Assembly: GCA_034520945.1 (NCBI GenBank)
Contig: JAXHNB010000009.1
Location: 64,001 to 128,000 of the forward strand
Direction: 5' to 3'
Origin: Trueperaceae bacterium
Lineage (GTDB): Bacteria > Deinococcota > Deinococci > Deinococcales > Trueperaceae
DNA length: 64,000 nt
Shown: one piece after another, positions 46,691 through 58,102 of the stretch
Position numbering within the stretch: position 1 is the stretch's first letter
How the letters are laid out: each line of letters starts with the position of its first letter
Notes under the pieces: generated by a model
Told to the model about the DNA's origin: nothing
Databases searched by the model: none
What the model saw: only the letters and a program-made list of their open reading frames with translations
Made by a program: the position numbers and the translations under genes

Positions 46691-47474
46691 CGGCGACTCG
46701 CAGGCCGGCTCCGGCCGAGGCGACGGCGCGACGCAGGGAACCATCGGGCTCCGCGTCCGAGACGATGAACGCCACGTCCGTGAGCGGGAGGAGGTTGAGG
46801 AGCGACGTGCGGCCGAACTTCGACGCGTCGATCAGGGCCACGCGGCGGCTCGCAATCCGGAACAGCGCCCGCTTGACCGCCACTTCCTCCGCGTTGGAGT
46901 CGCTGAGGCCGGCCTCGGCGTGGATGCCGGTACAGGAGAAGAAGGCCACGTCGGCGTTGAACGCCTCCAGCCCCGCCACCGCACCTTCGCCGACGAGCGT
47001 GTGCGTCGTCTCGCGCACCATGCCGCCCGGAACGAACACCGGCGGGGCCCCGCCGGCGAGCTCATTGACGATCAGCAGGTTGTTCGTCACGACGGTGATC
47101 GCACGGTCCCGCAGCTGGTGCGCGAGGTACACGGCCGTGGTGGAACCGTCCAGGGCGACCGTGTCGCCGTCCGCCACGTCGCGCGCCGCCTGGCGCGCGA
47201 GACGGATCTTGGCGTCGCGGTTCTCCATCATCCGTTCCGCATAGCGCTGCTCGGGCACGGTCGCGTCGCTGGGCGTGGGCGCCGCCACCTTGGCGCCGCC
47301 ATAGACGCGATGGACGTGGCCGTCGGAGGCCAGCGACTCCAGGTCGCGCCGCACCGTCATGGCCGACACGCCCACCGCCGAGGCCAGTTCGCGGACGGTG
47401 GCGAAACGCTGCGTCCGCACCAGATCCTGGATCATGTCCTGCCGTTGCCGCGGCAACAGTGTCCTCTCGCTCAT
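46683..47474 (-). CDS. DeoR/GlpR regulator (likely rhamnose regulator)
   Basis: VSAMTVRRDL, RVYGGA, LDGSTT, DASKF; divergent from the catabolic operon. Confidence 0.9.
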   Translation of the reverse strand: MSERTLLPRQRQDMIQDLVRTQRFATVRELASAVGVSAMTVRRDLESLASDGHVHRVYGGAKVAAPTPSDATVPEQRYAERMMENRDAKIRLARQAARDVADGDTVALDGSTTAVYLAHQLRDRAITVVTNNLLIVNELAGGAPPVFVPGGMVRETTHTLVGEGAVAGLEAFNADVAFFSCTGIHAEAGLSDSNAEEVAVKRALFRIASRRVALIDASKFGRTSLLNLLPLTDVAFIVSDAEPDGSLRRAVASAGAGLRVADA

Positions 47475-47715
47475 GCCACCTCCTGCAAGGGGCCGAAGCC
47501 GAACCTCGATGTGGTTATGGCGACAAACTAGCACACGATCCCCCACCATCGGCCGGCAACCCCCGCGCGTGGACCGGGCTCTCGCGCACGCCGAAGGGAG
47601 CCGTGTGCAGTTGTGATACCTTTCGGACAACGAAGCTCGAAGACGTCGCCCGCGATCGCCCCGAGCCCCCGGGGCCTCGTCGCTCCAGCGCGCCCACGCC
47701 GGAAAGGGACCCGAC

Positions 47716-48933
47716 ATGACGGATTCGCCCGACGCACGGACCGGCTCGTCCGTACCCACCGACCGCGCGCTCACGCACGACGAGATCGTCGCCGCACTCG
47801 GGCGCCACGAGATCGAGACGCCCTCCTGGGGCTACGGCAACTCCGGAACGCGCTTCAAGACCTTTCCGTGGCCCGGCGCGGCCGGCACCGTGTGGGAGAA
47901 GATCGACGACGCCGCCCACGTGCACGCCCTGACCGGCGCGGCGCCGGGCGTGGCCATTCACGTTCCCTGGGACGCCGTCGAAGACTACGACGCGCTGGGA
48001 CGCTACGCGGAGGAACGCGGGGTGCGCGTCGGCGCGGTCAATCCGAACCTGTTCCAGGACGACGCCTACAGGTTGGGCTCGCTCACGCATCCCGACGATG
48101 GGGTGCGACGGAAGGCGCTCGACCGCATGCGTACGTGCTGCGACATCATGCGCGCGACGGGCAGTTCGGACCTCAGCATCTGGCTGGCCGACGGCACGAA
48201 CTATGCCGGGCAGGACGACTTGGCGAGGCGCAAGGCGCACCTGGAGGAGGGTCTGGCCGAGACCTACCGCATGCTGCCCGAGGGTGCGCGGATGCTGATC
48301 GAGTACAAGTTCTTCGAGCCAGCCTTCTACCACACCGACCTGGCGGACTGGGGCGCGGCCTACGCGACGAGCCTCAAGTGCGGTCCCCGCGCACAGGTTC
48401 TGGTCGACACCGGCCACCACCCGCAAGGCACGAACATTCCGCACATCGTCGCGTTCCTGGCGAGTGAGGACCGCCTCGGCGGCTTCCACTTCAACGCCCG
48501 TAAGTACGCCGACGACGACCTGATCGTCGGCAGCGAGAACCCGTTCGAGCTGTTCGATATCTACGTCAAACTGATTCGCTCCGGCCGGCACGAGACCGTG
48601 GCCTACATGATCGATCAGAGCCACAACATCGAGCCCAAGGTCGAGGCCATGATCCAGAGCATCCTCAACTGTCAGACCGCCTACGCCAAGGCCCTCTCCG
48701 TCGATTTCGGCGTTCTGGACCGGGCGCAACGCGACGGCGACGTGCTCGCGGCGCATCGTGCCCTCACCGACGCCTTCGAGACCGACGTCCGCCCGCTGCT
48801 GCGGGAGCTGCGTGAATCGCGCGGGCTCGACCCCGATCCGATCGCGGCCCATCGCCGCAGCGGCTACCAGGAGCGGGTCGCCGCGGCGCGCGGCACGGCC
48901 ACGGCGGGCGGGGGGTACCCCAGCGGGGGATGA
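47716..48933 (+). CDS. rhaI: L-rhamnose isomerase (RhaI type)
   Basis: [52 protein letters not shown]. Confidence 0.93.
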   Translation: MTDSPDARTGSSVPTDRALTHDEIVAALGRHEIETPSWGYGNSGTRFKTFPWPGAAGTVWEKIDDAAHVHALTGAAPGVAIHVPWDAVEDYDALGRYAEERGVRVGAVNPNLFQDDAYRLGSLTHPDDGVRRKALDRMRTCCDIMRATGSSDLSIWLADGTNYAGQDDLARRKAHLEEGLAETYRMLPEGARMLIEYKFFEPAFYHTDLADWGAAYATSLKCGPRAQVLVDTGHHPQGTNIPHIVAFLASEDRLGGFHFNARKYADDDLIVGSENPFELFDIYVKLIRSGRHETVAYMIDQSHNIEPKVEAMIQSILNCQTAYAKALSVDFGVLDRAQRDGDVLAAHRALTDAFETDVRPLLRELRESRGLDPDPIAAHRRSGYQERVAAARGTATAGGGYPSGG

Positions 48934-50393
48934 TGCCGGTGACCGATGCGCACGTCCTGTCGGTCGATCTCGGCGCGGAGTCGGGGCGCGTCTGGTCCGT
49001 GCGGCTGCAAGGCGGGCGCCTCACCAGCCACGAGGTGCACCGCTTCCGCAATCGACCGGTGCGCGTGGGCGACACGCTGCACTGGGACGTCCTGTCCCTT
49101 TGGCAGGACGTGCGCGATGGGCTGGAGGCGGCGCTGGCGGACGGCGGCGGGCCGGCGCCACACGCCCTGGGCATCGACGCCTGGGCCGTGGACTTCGGGC
49201 TCCTCGATCGCCGCGGCCAGCTGCTCGGCAATCCGGTCCACTATCGCGACGCCCGCACCCGCGGCATGATCGAACGCGTCGCCTCACGCCTGGACCCTGC
49301 CGCGATCTTCGCGGAAACCGGCATTCAGTTCCTGCCCATCAACACGCTCTACCAGCTCGCCGCCCTGGCGGAGGCGAACGACCCCCAGCTCGAGATGGCG
49401 GAACGGCTGCTGCTGATCCCCGACCTGCTCCACCATTGGCTCACGGGCCGCACCGCGACCGAGTTCACGAACGCGACCACCACGCAGCTCTACGACGCGG
49501 TGGAAGGGCGCTGGTCCCCGACCCTGCTGGATGCACTGGGCCTGTCCGACACGCTCTTTCCCGAGGTCGTTCCGCCCGGCACGCAACTCGGGACTTACCG
49601 GGGCGTACCTGTGATCGCGCCGGCCACGCACGACACGGCCAGCGCGGTGGCCGGCTTGCCGGTCACGTCCGGCGACGTCGCCTACGTGAGCTCCGGCACC
49701 TGGAGCCTGGTCGGTACCGAGGTGACGGTGCCCGTCCGCAACGAGGCGGCGCTCCGCGCCAATGTCACCAACGAGGGCGGGGTGGCCGGAACGACGCGCC
49801 TGTTGAAGAACGTGATGGGCCTGTGGATCCTGCAACAGTGCCGCGAGACGTGGGCCCGAGAGGGCGCGGAACTGACGTACGGAGAGCTGGTGGGCCTCGC
49901 GGAGCAGGCTGCGCCATTGCGATCCCTGGTGCCGGTCGACCACCCCGACTTCCTCGAGCCCGGCGACCACCCCGCGATCATCGCGCGCCTGTGCCGCGAG
50001 CACGGTGAGCCCATACCGCAGGATCGCGGGGCGATCACCCGCTGCGTCCTGGAGAGCCTGGCGCTCGCCTACCGCCGGGTGCTCGACGTGCTCGCCGAAC
50101 TCACCGGACGGCGCTTCGACGTGGTCCACGTCGTCGGGGGCGGCTCGCGCAACGCCCTGCTCAACCGCTTCACGGCCGACGCCGCCGGCGTTCCCGTCGT
50201 GGCGGGGCCGGCGGAGGCGACGGTGCTGGGCAACGCGGCGGTGCAAATGATGGCCCTAGGGGTGTTCCCGGACCTCGCGACGGCGCGACGTACCATTGCG
50301 GCCAGTGTGCAGCTGGCATATTACGAGCCCAGCGGCGACGACCGCTGGGAGGAGGCCACCACACGCTACGCCCGTCTCGAAGCGTCGGCGTGA
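48930..50393 (+). CDS. rhaB: Rhamnulokinase
   Basis: [43 protein letters not shown]. Confidence 0.93.
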   Translation: MMPVTDAHVLSVDLGAESGRVWSVRLQGGRLTSHEVHRFRNRPVRVGDTLHWDVLSLWQDVRDGLEAALADGGGPAPHALGIDAWAVDFGLLDRRGQLLGNPVHYRDARTRGMIERVASRLDPAAIFAETGIQFLPINTLYQLAALAEANDPQLEMAERLLLIPDLLHHWLTGRTATEFTNATTTQLYDAVEGRWSPTLLDALGLSDTLFPEVVPPGTQLGTYRGVPVIAPATHDTASAVAGLPVTSGDVAYVSSGTWSLVGTEVTVPVRNEAALRANVTNEGGVAGTTRLLKNVMGLWILQQCRETWAREGAELTYGELVGLAEQAAPLRSLVPVDHPDFLEPGDHPAIIARLCREHGEPIPQDRGAITRCVLESLALAYRRVLDVLAELTGRRFDVVHVVGGGSRNALLNRFTADAAGVPVVAGPAEATVLGNAAVQMMALGVFPDLATARRTIAASVQLAYYEPSGDDRWEEATTRYARLEASA

Positions 50394-50439
50394 ACGAACC
50401 CATGAGGCGGAACCGAGACCGCCACGGGAAGGGAACGAA

Positions 50440-52635
50440 ATGAACAGCCGCGCCCCCGACGAGTACCAGCACGTCCACTACGGATGGGACGACACCGTCG
50501 CCCGCGACCTCGATCCCGTCGACCGGCTCGTGTACCGATCGAACCTGCTCGGCGCCGACCAGCGGATCACCAACACGGGGGGCGGCAACACCAGCAGCAA
50601 GCTCGAGGAGCGCGACCCCGTGACGGGGGAACCGGTGGACGTCCTCTGGGTCAAGGGTTCGGGCGGCGACCTGCGAACGGCGAGCCGGCCGAACTTCGCG
50701 TCGCTCACGATGTCGGGCCTGCAGGCGCTGCGGGACCTGTACGAGCGCGCGCCCGACAACGGCCCGAAATCCGAGGCCGAGGACCGCATGGTCTCGATGT
50801 ACCCCCACGCCGTATTCGACCTCAACCCTCGCCCCAGTTCGATCGACACGCCGCTTCACGGGCTGCTGCCTGCGCGCCACGTCGATCACACGCACCCGGT
50901 TGCCGTCATCGCCCTGGCCGCCGCCAAGGACGGTGAGCGGCTGACCCGGGAGGTGTACGGCGACGAGGTGGGCTGGGTGGCCTGGCAGCGCCCCGGCTTC
51001 GACCTGGGCGTGGTCATGGCGGAAGCCGTGGCGGCCAAGCCGGACCTCATCGGCCTGGTCATGGGGCAGCACGGTCTGATCAACTGGCACGACGACGATC
51101 GCGCCTGCTACGTGCGCTCGCTCGACCTGATCGAACGGGCGGCGCGCTACCTGGAGGCGCACGACCGCGGCTCGGCCACCTTCGGAGGGCAGCGCCATGA
51201 CCCGCTGGACGAGGCCGAGCGCCGACGCGTGTTGCGCGAGGTGTTGCCGGCGCTGCGCGGCATGGTGTCCCAACGTAGCCGCTTCATTGCAACGGTGCAG
51301 AGCGACGACGCCATCCTCCGCTTCGTCGACGCCGTCGACGCGCCCCGGTTGGCGGCGCTGGGCACGTCCTGCCCGGACCATTTCCTTCGCACGAAGATCA
51401 AACCCTTGCTTGTGGACTGGGACCCGCAGAACGGCGACGCGGCCGACCTGATCGCCGCGCTCGAGGCCGGCCTGGAGGCGTACCGCGAGGACTACCGCGC
51501 CTACTACGAGGCGCACGCCCGCGTGGACTCCCCGCCGATGCGCGACCCGAACCCCACGGTGATCCTCGTGCCGGGCATCGGGATGATCGCGTTCGGCAAG
51601 AGCAAGAGCGAGTCGCGCGTGACCGCCGAGTTCTACAATGCCGCCGTGGAGGTCATGCGCGGGGCGGAGTCGGTCAGCGAATACACGGCCCTGCCCTCGC
51701 AGGAGGCGTTCGACATCGAATACTGGGCGCTCGAGGAGGCCAAGCTGAGGCGCATGCCGGCCGAAAAGGAGTTCGCGCGACGGGTGGCCGTCGTGATCGG
51801 CGCCGGCAGCGGCATCGGTCAGGCGACCGCCCACCGGCTGGCCGACGAGGGCGCGCACGTCGTGTGCGCTGACCTGGATGCGGACGCGGCCCGTGCCACC
51901 GCCAAGCAGCTCACCGACCGCCTGGGCGTCGGAATCGGCGTGGCCGGGACCGGCATCTCGGGGTGCGGACCCGCCATCGGTCTGGGCGTCGACATCACCG
52001 ACCGTGCCCGGGTCCGGGAGATGTTCGAGGAGGTCGTCCTCGCCTACGGGGGGATCGACACCGTGATCGTGACCGCCGGGGTGTTCGCCTCCCCAGGCGC
52101 GGACGGCACCGTCCCGGACGGCATGTGGGCGGCCTCGTTCGCGGTCAACGTGACCGGCGCCTACCTCGTGGCCGACGAGGCTCGCGCCATCTGGGAGGCG
52201 CAGGGCACGACCGGGTCGCTGGTGATCACCACCTCTGTGAACGCGACCGTCGCGAAGAAGGGATCGCTGGCGTACGACACCAGCAAGGCGGCCGCCAATC
52301 ACCTCGTGCGCGAGCTCGCCGTCGAGCTCGCCCCCACCGTACGTGTCAACGGCGTCGCGCCCGCCACCGTCGTCGAGGGAAGCAACATGTTCCCGCGCGA
52401 GCGCGTATTGTCTTCGCTCCGCAAGTACGACCTGCCGGCGGAGGAACACGAGGAGACGGAGGCGCTGCGCGAGCGCCTGGCGGCCTTCTACGCCCGCCGT
52501 ACCCTGACGGGCCAAGCCATCAGACTGGCCGATCAGGCGGAAGCGGTCTACCTGCTCGCCAGCGATCGCCTCGCGAAGACCACGGGCCAGATCCTGCCCG
52601 TCGACGGTGGCCTGCCCGAGGCGTTCCTGCGGTGA
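50440..52635 (+). CDS. rhaD: Bifunctional rhamnulose-1-phosphate aldolase/short-chain dehydrogenase (RhaEW type)
   Basis: GGGNTSSK, HVDHTH, CPDHFLRTK, EYWALEEAKL; SDR GAGSGIG and YDTSK. Confidence 0.93.
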   Translation: MNSRAPDEYQHVHYGWDDTVARDLDPVDRLVYRSNLLGADQRITNTGGGNTSSKLEERDPVTGEPVDVLWVKGSGGDLRTASRPNFASLTMSGLQALRDLYERAPDNGPKSEAEDRMVSMYPHAVFDLNPRPSSIDTPLHGLLPARHVDHTHPVAVIALAAAKDGERLTREVYGDEVGWVAWQRPGFDLGVVMAEAVAAKPDLIGLVMGQHGLINWHDDDRACYVRSLDLIERAARYLEAHDRGSATFGGQRHDPLDEAERRRVLREVLPALRGMVSQRSRFIATVQSDDAILRFVDAVDAPRLAALGTSCPDHFLRTKIKPLLVDWDPQNGDAADLIAALEAGLEAYREDYRAYYEAHARVDSPPMRDPNPTVILVPGIGMIAFGKSKSESRVTAEFYNAAVEVMRGAESVSEYTALPSQEAFDIEYWALEEAKLRRMPAEKEFARRVAVVIGAGSGIGQATAHRLADEGAHVVCADLDADAARATAKQLTDRLGVGIGVAGTGISGCGPAIGLGVDITDRARVREMFEEVVLAYGGIDTVIVTAGVFASPGADGTVPDGMWAASFAVNVTGAYLVADEARAIWEAQGTTGSLVITTSVNATVAKKGSLAYDTSKAAANHLVRELAVELAPTVRVNGVAPATVVEGSNMFPRERVLSSLRKYDLPAEEHEETEALRERLAAFYARRTLTGQAIRLADQAEAVYLLASDRLAKTTGQILPVDGGLPEAFLR

Positions 52636-53375
52636 CCCACGCCGCCCTCTTCGTCCCCTGCTACGTCGACACGTTGTTTCCCGACACCGGCAAGGCGGTG
52701 GTGCGGGTGCTGGAGCGATTGGGGGTAGGCGTGTCGTTTCCCGAAACGCAGACCTGCTGCGGGCAGATGCACGTCAACACCGGCTACCACCAGGACGTCC
52801 TGCCGCTGGTCCGGCGCTTCGTCGAGGCGTTCGGCGACGCCGAGGTGGTGGTCGCGCCGTCCGCCTCCTGCGTGGCACTGGTGCGGGATCACTACGGGCA
52901 GCTGGCGGCGCGCACGGGCGACGCGGAGCTCGAGCGCGAGGTGGCGGCCGTGACCCCGCGCGTCCGGGAGTTCAGCGAGTTCCTCGTCGACGACCTGGGC
53001 ACGACCGACGTCGGCGCGGCCTTCCCGCACGAGGTGGTGTTCCATCCCACCTGCCACGCCACCCGCACGCTCGGGGTCGGCGACCGCCCCCTGCGCCTGC
53101 TCCGGGCCGTGGAGCGGCCTTCGGCTGACGGAACATGCCGCGCGCCGACGAATGTTGCGGCTTCGGCGGCACCTTCGCGGTGAAGAACGCCGGACACCTC
53201 GGCGGCGATGCTGGCCGACAAGGTGAGCGACGTGCTGAACAGCCGCGCGGAGGTCGTCGTCGCCGGCGACGACTCCTGCCTCATGCACATCGGCGGCGGC
53301 CTGCAGCGGCTGCGGACCGGCGTGCGCACGATGCACCTGGCGCAGGTCCTGGCCAGCGAGCGGTCGGCGGCGTGA
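52632..53375 (+). CDS. lutA: Lactate utilization Fe-S protein LutA/LldE with three apparent 1-nt insertions at ~53117-53193
   Basis: [30 protein letters not shown] distributed across frames; net frame restored. Confidence 0.85.
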
Positions 53376-54814
53376 GCGGACCGACCCGCATCCCGCTGCC
53401 GTTCCACCGCGCGGCGACCGAGTCGCTCGGCGACGCGCAGATGCGGCGCAACCTGGGTACCGCCACCACCACGATCCGCGGCAAGCGCGATGCGGTGACG
53501 GCGGAACTGCCCGACTGGGAGGCGCTGCGCCAGGCCGGCAAGGCCGTCAAGGACCACACCCTGCGCAACCTCGGGTTCTACCTGGAGCGCCTGGAGGCGC
53601 GTGTGGCCGAGGCGGGCGGCGTGGTGCACTGGGCCCGCGACGCGGCGGAGGCGAACCGTATCGTCCGCGGGCTGGTGCGCGACACCGGCGCGCGCGAGGC
53701 GGTCAAGGTCAAGTCGATGACCACCGACGAGATCGGCCTCAACGAGGCGCTCGCCGAGGACGACGTGACGGCCATCGAGACCGACCTGGCCGAGCTGATC
53801 GTGCAGCTCGCCGGCGAGGAGCCCAGCCATATCCTGGTGCCGGCGATCCACAAGAACCGCAGCGAGATCCGCGCGCTCTTCCTGCGCGCCTTCGACCTGA
53901 GGCCGGACCAGCTCAGCGACGCGCCGGAGGAGCTCGCCGCCACCGCCCGCCGCTTCTTGCGGGAGCGATTCCTGGAGGCCCGCGTGGGGATCAGCGGCGC
54001 CAACTTCGCGGTGGCGGAGACCGGCACGGTGTGCGTGGTCGAGTCGGAGGGCAACGGCCGTATGTGCACGACGCTGCCGGAGACGTTGATCACCGTGATG
54101 GGGATCGAGAAGGTGGTGCCGAGCTGGCGCGACATGGAGGTGTTCCTGCAGCTCTTGCCGCGCAGCAGCACCGCGGAGCGCATGAACCCCTATACCAGCT
54201 TCTGGACCGGCGTTCGCGAGGGGGACGGGCCGCGCGCGTTCCACCTGGTGCTGCTGGACAACGGTCGTTCCCGGACGCTGCGCGACGAGGTGGGCCGCGA
54301 GACGCTGCGCTGCATTCGTTGCAGCGCCTGCCTGAACGTGTGCCCGGTGTACCAGCGCGTCGGTGGGCACGCCTACGGCTCGGTCTACCCCGGCCCGATC
54401 GGGGCGATCCTCAACCCGCAGCTCCGCGACCTGCGGCGCGACGACGACCTGCCCTACGCCAGCACCCTATGCGGGGCGTGCTACGAGGTATGCCCGGTCC
54501 AGATCGACATCCCCTCCATCCTGATCGAATCGCGCCGCCGCGTGGTCGAGGGGCGGCGGGCGCGCAGCCCTCTTCCCGTCGCGTCGGGGGAGGACGCCGC
54601 CATGCGGGCAGCGGCGGGCGTGTTCAAAGACGTCCGCCGCTACCGCGCGGCGCAACGGCTGCTGCGCTTGGCGCAGGCGCCCTTCGTGCGGCAGGGCGTG
54701 CTGCGGGGGCTGCCCGGTCCGCTGGCGGGCTGGAGCGCCGTGCGGGACCTGAAGCCGGTGCCGAGGCAGTCGTTCCGCACCTGGTGGGCGGCGCGAGGCC
54801 GCGACGATGGCTGA
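53372..54814 (+). CDS. lutB: Lactate utilization Fe-S protein LutB/LldF
   Basis: [42 protein letters not shown]. Confidence 0.93.
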   Translation: MSGPTRIPLPFHRAATESLGDAQMRRNLGTATTTIRGKRDAVTAELPDWEALRQAGKAVKDHTLRNLGFYLERLEARVAEAGGVVHWARDAAEANRIVRGLVRDTGAREAVKVKSMTTDEIGLNEALAEDDVTAIETDLAELIVQLAGEEPSHILVPAIHKNRSEIRALFLRAFDLRPDQLSDAPEELAATARRFLRERFLEARVGISGANFAVAETGTVCVVESEGNGRMCTTLPETLITVMGIEKVVPSWRDMEVFLQLLPRSSTAERMNPYTSFWTGVREGDGPRAFHLVLLDNGRSRTLRDEVGRETLRCIRCSACLNVCPVYQRVGGHAYGSVYPGPIGAILNPQLRDLRRDDDLPYASTLCGACYEVCPVQIDIPSILIESRRRVVEGRRARSPLPVASGEDAAMRAAAGVFKDVRRYRAAQRLLRLAQAPFVRQGVLRGLPGPLAGWSAVRDLKPVPRQSFRTWWAARGRDDG

Positions 54815-55466
54815 GGACGCACGACGCAAGATCCTGGCGCGCGTGGCAGAGGCCACCGAGGGCGTGCGCGACGACGATCCCGGCCGGGCGCAAGACGCGC
54901 TGCCGCGCGGGTACCGCCAGCAGGGCGCGACCGCGCCGGCGGCGCGCCTCGACCGCTTCGAGGCGCGCCTGGTGGATTACGGCGTGGACGTGGTGCGCAC
55001 CCCCGTGGCGGGCCTGCCGGGCAGGGTGGCGCAGGAGGTGGCCCGGCGGCGCGTGCGGCGCCTGGTGGTGCCCGGCGAGCTGCCGGCGGCGTGGCTCGCC
55101 GCCGTCCCCGACGTGACGCGCGTCGACCCGGTGGCCGACGCGGCCGAGCTGGTGGACGCGGACGCGACCCTCACCGGCTGCGCGGTGGCGATCGCGGAGA
55201 CCGGCACCCTGATTCTGGACGGCGGACCGGGCCAGGGGCCTCGCGCGGGCACCCTGGTCCCGGACGTGCACCTCTGCGTGGTGCACGCATCGCTCCTGGT
55301 CGAACTCGTTCCCGAAGCGGTGGCGCGCACGAAGGACAGCGTGGCGGCGGGGCGACCGCTGACGTGGATCTCGGGCCCCTCGGCCACCTCGGACATCGAG
55401 CTGGTGCGGGTCGCGGGCGTGCACGGACCGCGCACGCTGGTGGTGCTGCTGGTCACCGACGCCTGA
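54807..55466 (+). CDS. lutC: Lactate utilization protein LutC/LldG (LUD domain)
   Basis: [24 protein letters not shown]. Confidence 0.92.
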   Translation: MAEDARRKILARVAEATEGVRDDDPGRAQDALPRGYRQQGATAPAARLDRFEARLVDYGVDVVRTPVAGLPGRVAQEVARRRVRRLVVPGELPAAWLAAVPDVTRVDPVADAAELVDADATLTGCAVAIAETGTLILDGGPGQGPRAGTLVPDVHLCVVHASLLVELVPEAVARTKDSVAAGRPLTWISGPSATSDIELVRVAGVHGPRTLVVLLVTDA

Positions 55467-55470
55467 ACGT

Positions 55471-55507
55471 CGCTCCGGGCGCAGGGCCGGACCGCGCGCC
55501 CGGAGCG
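55471..55507. terminator. Hairpin between convergent genes
   Basis: CGCTCCGGGCGC...GCGCCCGGAGCG 12-bp stem. Confidence 0.45.
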
Positions 55508-55539
55508 TGAAACCGGCGCGCGGGACCGCAGCGCCGCGG

Positions 55540-56460
55540 TCAGTCGACCCGCTGGACGCGCACCTCGCCCACGCCGCCCTGGACGCGGACGTCGATCCGG
55601 TCCGCCTCGGCGGCTTGGTCGTACCCGGGCGTGGTGTGCACGTTGCCGTCGCGGACCCACACGCCGTCCACGCTGGCGCCGCCGAGGCCGGTGGAGACCA
55701 CGAAGCGCGCCTCGACGCTGCGGGGCACGCGCACGACGACCTCGCCGACCCCTGCGTCGATGCTGCCGGCGTACCCGCCGCGTTCGGGCAGGACCACGTC
55801 GACCCTTCCGACGCCCGCGTCGAGATCGATCGCCTGCAGCTGCAGGGCCCGCAGCGTAAGGGTGGACTCGCCGACGCCGGTGTCGAGGTCCAGCCGCAGC
55901 GGCACCTCGCGGGTGAGGTCCAGCGTCCAGCGCCGGTCGCCGCCGCGCGCGCCGAAGTTGGGACCGCGCGTGCGGCTTTCCAGCCCGATGCGGGCGGTGC
56001 CGCCGCTGACGTCGAACGACTGCAGCAACCGTTCGCCGGCGGCGGTGGCGACCTCGCCCTCGATGGCGAGCTCGTTGCCGGCCGGCAACGCGTCCAGGGA
56101 CAGCACGCCGACGCCGTGATCGACGTCGAGTTCCACCACGGACGCGCCGTTCAAGGGGTGGCTGATGGGGTGCACCTCGGCGGGCCCGCCCGTGCTGGGC
56201 CACACGCCGGGCACGCGGATCAGCACCGCGCCGACCACCACGGTCGCCACCACCACGGCCAGCCGGTAGCGCCCGCGCGTCAGGATGTCGGCGCCGACGG
56301 CGATCAGCAGCAGCGGCCACAGGTCCACCGCGGCCAGCACCAGGTTCCAGTCGAACCACCCGACGCGGCCGAGCAGGAGCAGCACGCCCACGATGATCAG
56401 CAGAACGGGGAGAAGCAGGGACGGGGACTTGTCGTTGCGGGTCGAATCGGTCTCGTTCAT
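55540..56460 (-). CDS. LiaF/LiaI-like membrane protein with C-terminal GVG-repeat beta domain
   Basis: LWPLLLIAVG; repeated LDxGVG units. Confidence 0.75.
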   Translation of the reverse strand: MNETDSTRNDKSPSLLLPVLLIIVGVLLLLGRVGWFDWNLVLAAVDLWPLLLIAVGADILTRGRYRLAVVVATVVVGAVLIRVPGVWPSTGGPAEVHPISHPLNGASVVELDVDHGVGVLSLDALPAGNELAIEGEVATAAGERLLQSFDVSGGTARIGLESRTRGPNFGARGGDRRWTLDLTREVPLRLDLDTGVGESTLTLRALQLQAIDLDAGVGRVDVVLPERGGYAGSIDAGVGEVVVRVPRSVEARFVVSTGLGGASVDGVWVRDGNVHTTPGYDQAAEADRIDVRVQGGVGEVRVQRVD

Positions 56461-56608
56461 GCAGGGGTTCCTCCTCTTGCGCGCACCCTACGCCTCGTGG
56501 CGAGGCGATGCGTCCGCCGGAAGGTGGAGGTGCCCAGCCCGGGTCGCGCTGCGGGCCGACGGCCCTTCCTGCAGGCGCCGCACGGGTGGGCGTCCACGGT
56601 GCGGACGC

Positions 56609-58048
56609 CTAGGCGGGCGGGTGTTCGGCGAAGGTCCGCGCCTCGGCCAGCAGGGTGCGGACCTCCTCGTGCGTCTGCGCCTCGCAGTACACCCGTAACA
56701 CCGGCTCGGTGCCGCTGGCGCGGAACATCAGCCAGGCCTTGCCGGCCAGGTTCAGTTTGACGCCGTCGAGGCGCTCGACCGAGGTCACCTCGCGGCCGGC
56801 GAAGCGGTCCGGGTCGGCGTCCAGCGCCGCCTGCAGGCGGGCCTTGGCGGCCTCCCCTTCCAGCGGCAGGTCGACTCGGTCGTAGGCGTGCCGCCAGTCG
56901 GCCTCGCGCTGCAACGCGTCCAGGCGCGCGCCCAGCGCCCCGCCGTCCGCGCCGGGTGGCGCGTCGCCGGCCTCGGCGCAGGCCTGCAGCAGGAACAGCG
57001 TGTTGGCGATGCCGTCGCGTTCGGGCAGGTGCTCCGGCACGCCGATGCCGCCGGACTCCTCGCCGGCGATCAGCACGCCGCCGGCCCGCATCTCCTCGAC
57101 CAGCCACTTGAAGCCGACCGGCGTTTCGCGCACCTCGAGGCCGCGCCGCCCAGCCAGGCGTTCGACCAGGCGCGACACGGTGAAGGTCACGGCGACGCGG
57201 CCACGCCCGCCGGCGCGGTGGCGCTGGTCCAGCAGCAGCGCGAAGATCTCGTGGCTGTTCAGGGTGCGCCCGCCGGGCAGCACGCCGGCCAGGCGGTCGC
57301 CGTCGCCGTCGGTGGCGGTGCCCAGGTAGGCGTCGCCGCGCTGCATGCGCGCCTGCAAGGCGGTCGTCTGGGCGGGCACGGGTTCGGGAAGCCCGCCGTA
57401 GAACATCGGGTCGGGCGTGCCGCGCAGCGTCTCCACGCGCAACGTCAGGCCGGCGTGGCGTGCGAAGCCGGACAGCCACCCGCCGGCCGTGCCGCCCATG
57501 GCGTCGTGCACCAGCGTCCCCTCGAGGTCCCGCAGCAGGTCGAGGTCCAAGAGGCCTGCCAGCTGCTCGAAGTACGCCTCGCGCACGTCGAGCGGCCGAA
57601 GGGCGTGCCGGCCTGGCTCATAGGGGGGCGCCGCGCCGACCTCGGTCCGTGCCGTCCGCGCGGCGACCTCGGCGTAGATCTCTTGGGTGGCGGTCCCGCC
57701 GTAGGCGCCCTTGAGCTTGAAGCCGTTCCAGAGGGGCGGGTTGTGGCTGGCGGTCAGCATCACGCCGGCGTCGGCACCGAGGTGCCGGACCGCGAACGAC
57801 AGCACGGGCGTCGGCAGCGGACCGTCGGCCAGGTGCACCTCCAGGCCGTGGGCGGCCAACGTCTCGGCGGCCGCTCGGGCGAACATGGGACCGGCGAAGC
57901 GGGTGTCGTGCGCGACCACCACCCGGCGCCCATCCGCGTCACGGAGCCAGCCGGCGGTGGCGTGCGCGGCGCGACGCACGTTGTCGGTGGTGAAGCGCTC
58001 CCCGATGCGGTCGCGCCAGCCGTCGGTCCCGAAGCGGAGCTCGTCCAT
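56609..58048 (-). CDS. Phosphoglucomutase/phosphomannomutase
   Basis: FGTDGWR, TASHNP, DGDGDR, GEESGG, RASGTEP. Confidence 0.95.
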   Translation of the reverse strand: MDELRFGTDGWRDRIGERFTTDNVRRAAHATAGWLRDADGRRVVVAHDTRFAGPMFARAAAETLAAHGLEVHLADGPLPTPVLSFAVRHLGADAGVMLTASHNPPLWNGFKLKGAYGGTATQEIYAEVAARTARTEVGAAPPYEPGRHALRPLDVREAYFEQLAGLLDLDLLRDLEGTLVHDAMGGTAGGWLSGFARHAGLTLRVETLRGTPDPMFYGGLPEPVPAQTTALQARMQRGDAYLGTATDGDGDRLAGVLPGGRTLNSHEIFALLLDQRHRAGGRGRVAVTFTVSRLVERLAGRRGLEVRETPVGFKWLVEEMRAGGVLIAGEESGGIGVPEHLPERDGIANTLFLLQACAEAGDAPPGADGGALGARLDALQREADWRHAYDRVDLPLEGEAAKARLQAALDADPDRFAGREVTSVERLDGVKLNLAGKAWLMFRASGTEPVLRVYCEAQTHEEVRTLLAEARTFAEHPPA

Positions 58049-58102
58049 GGGCCGGTTGTACCGCGCCACGCACCCTGCCCTCGGCACGAAGGAACCTTGC
58101 CC

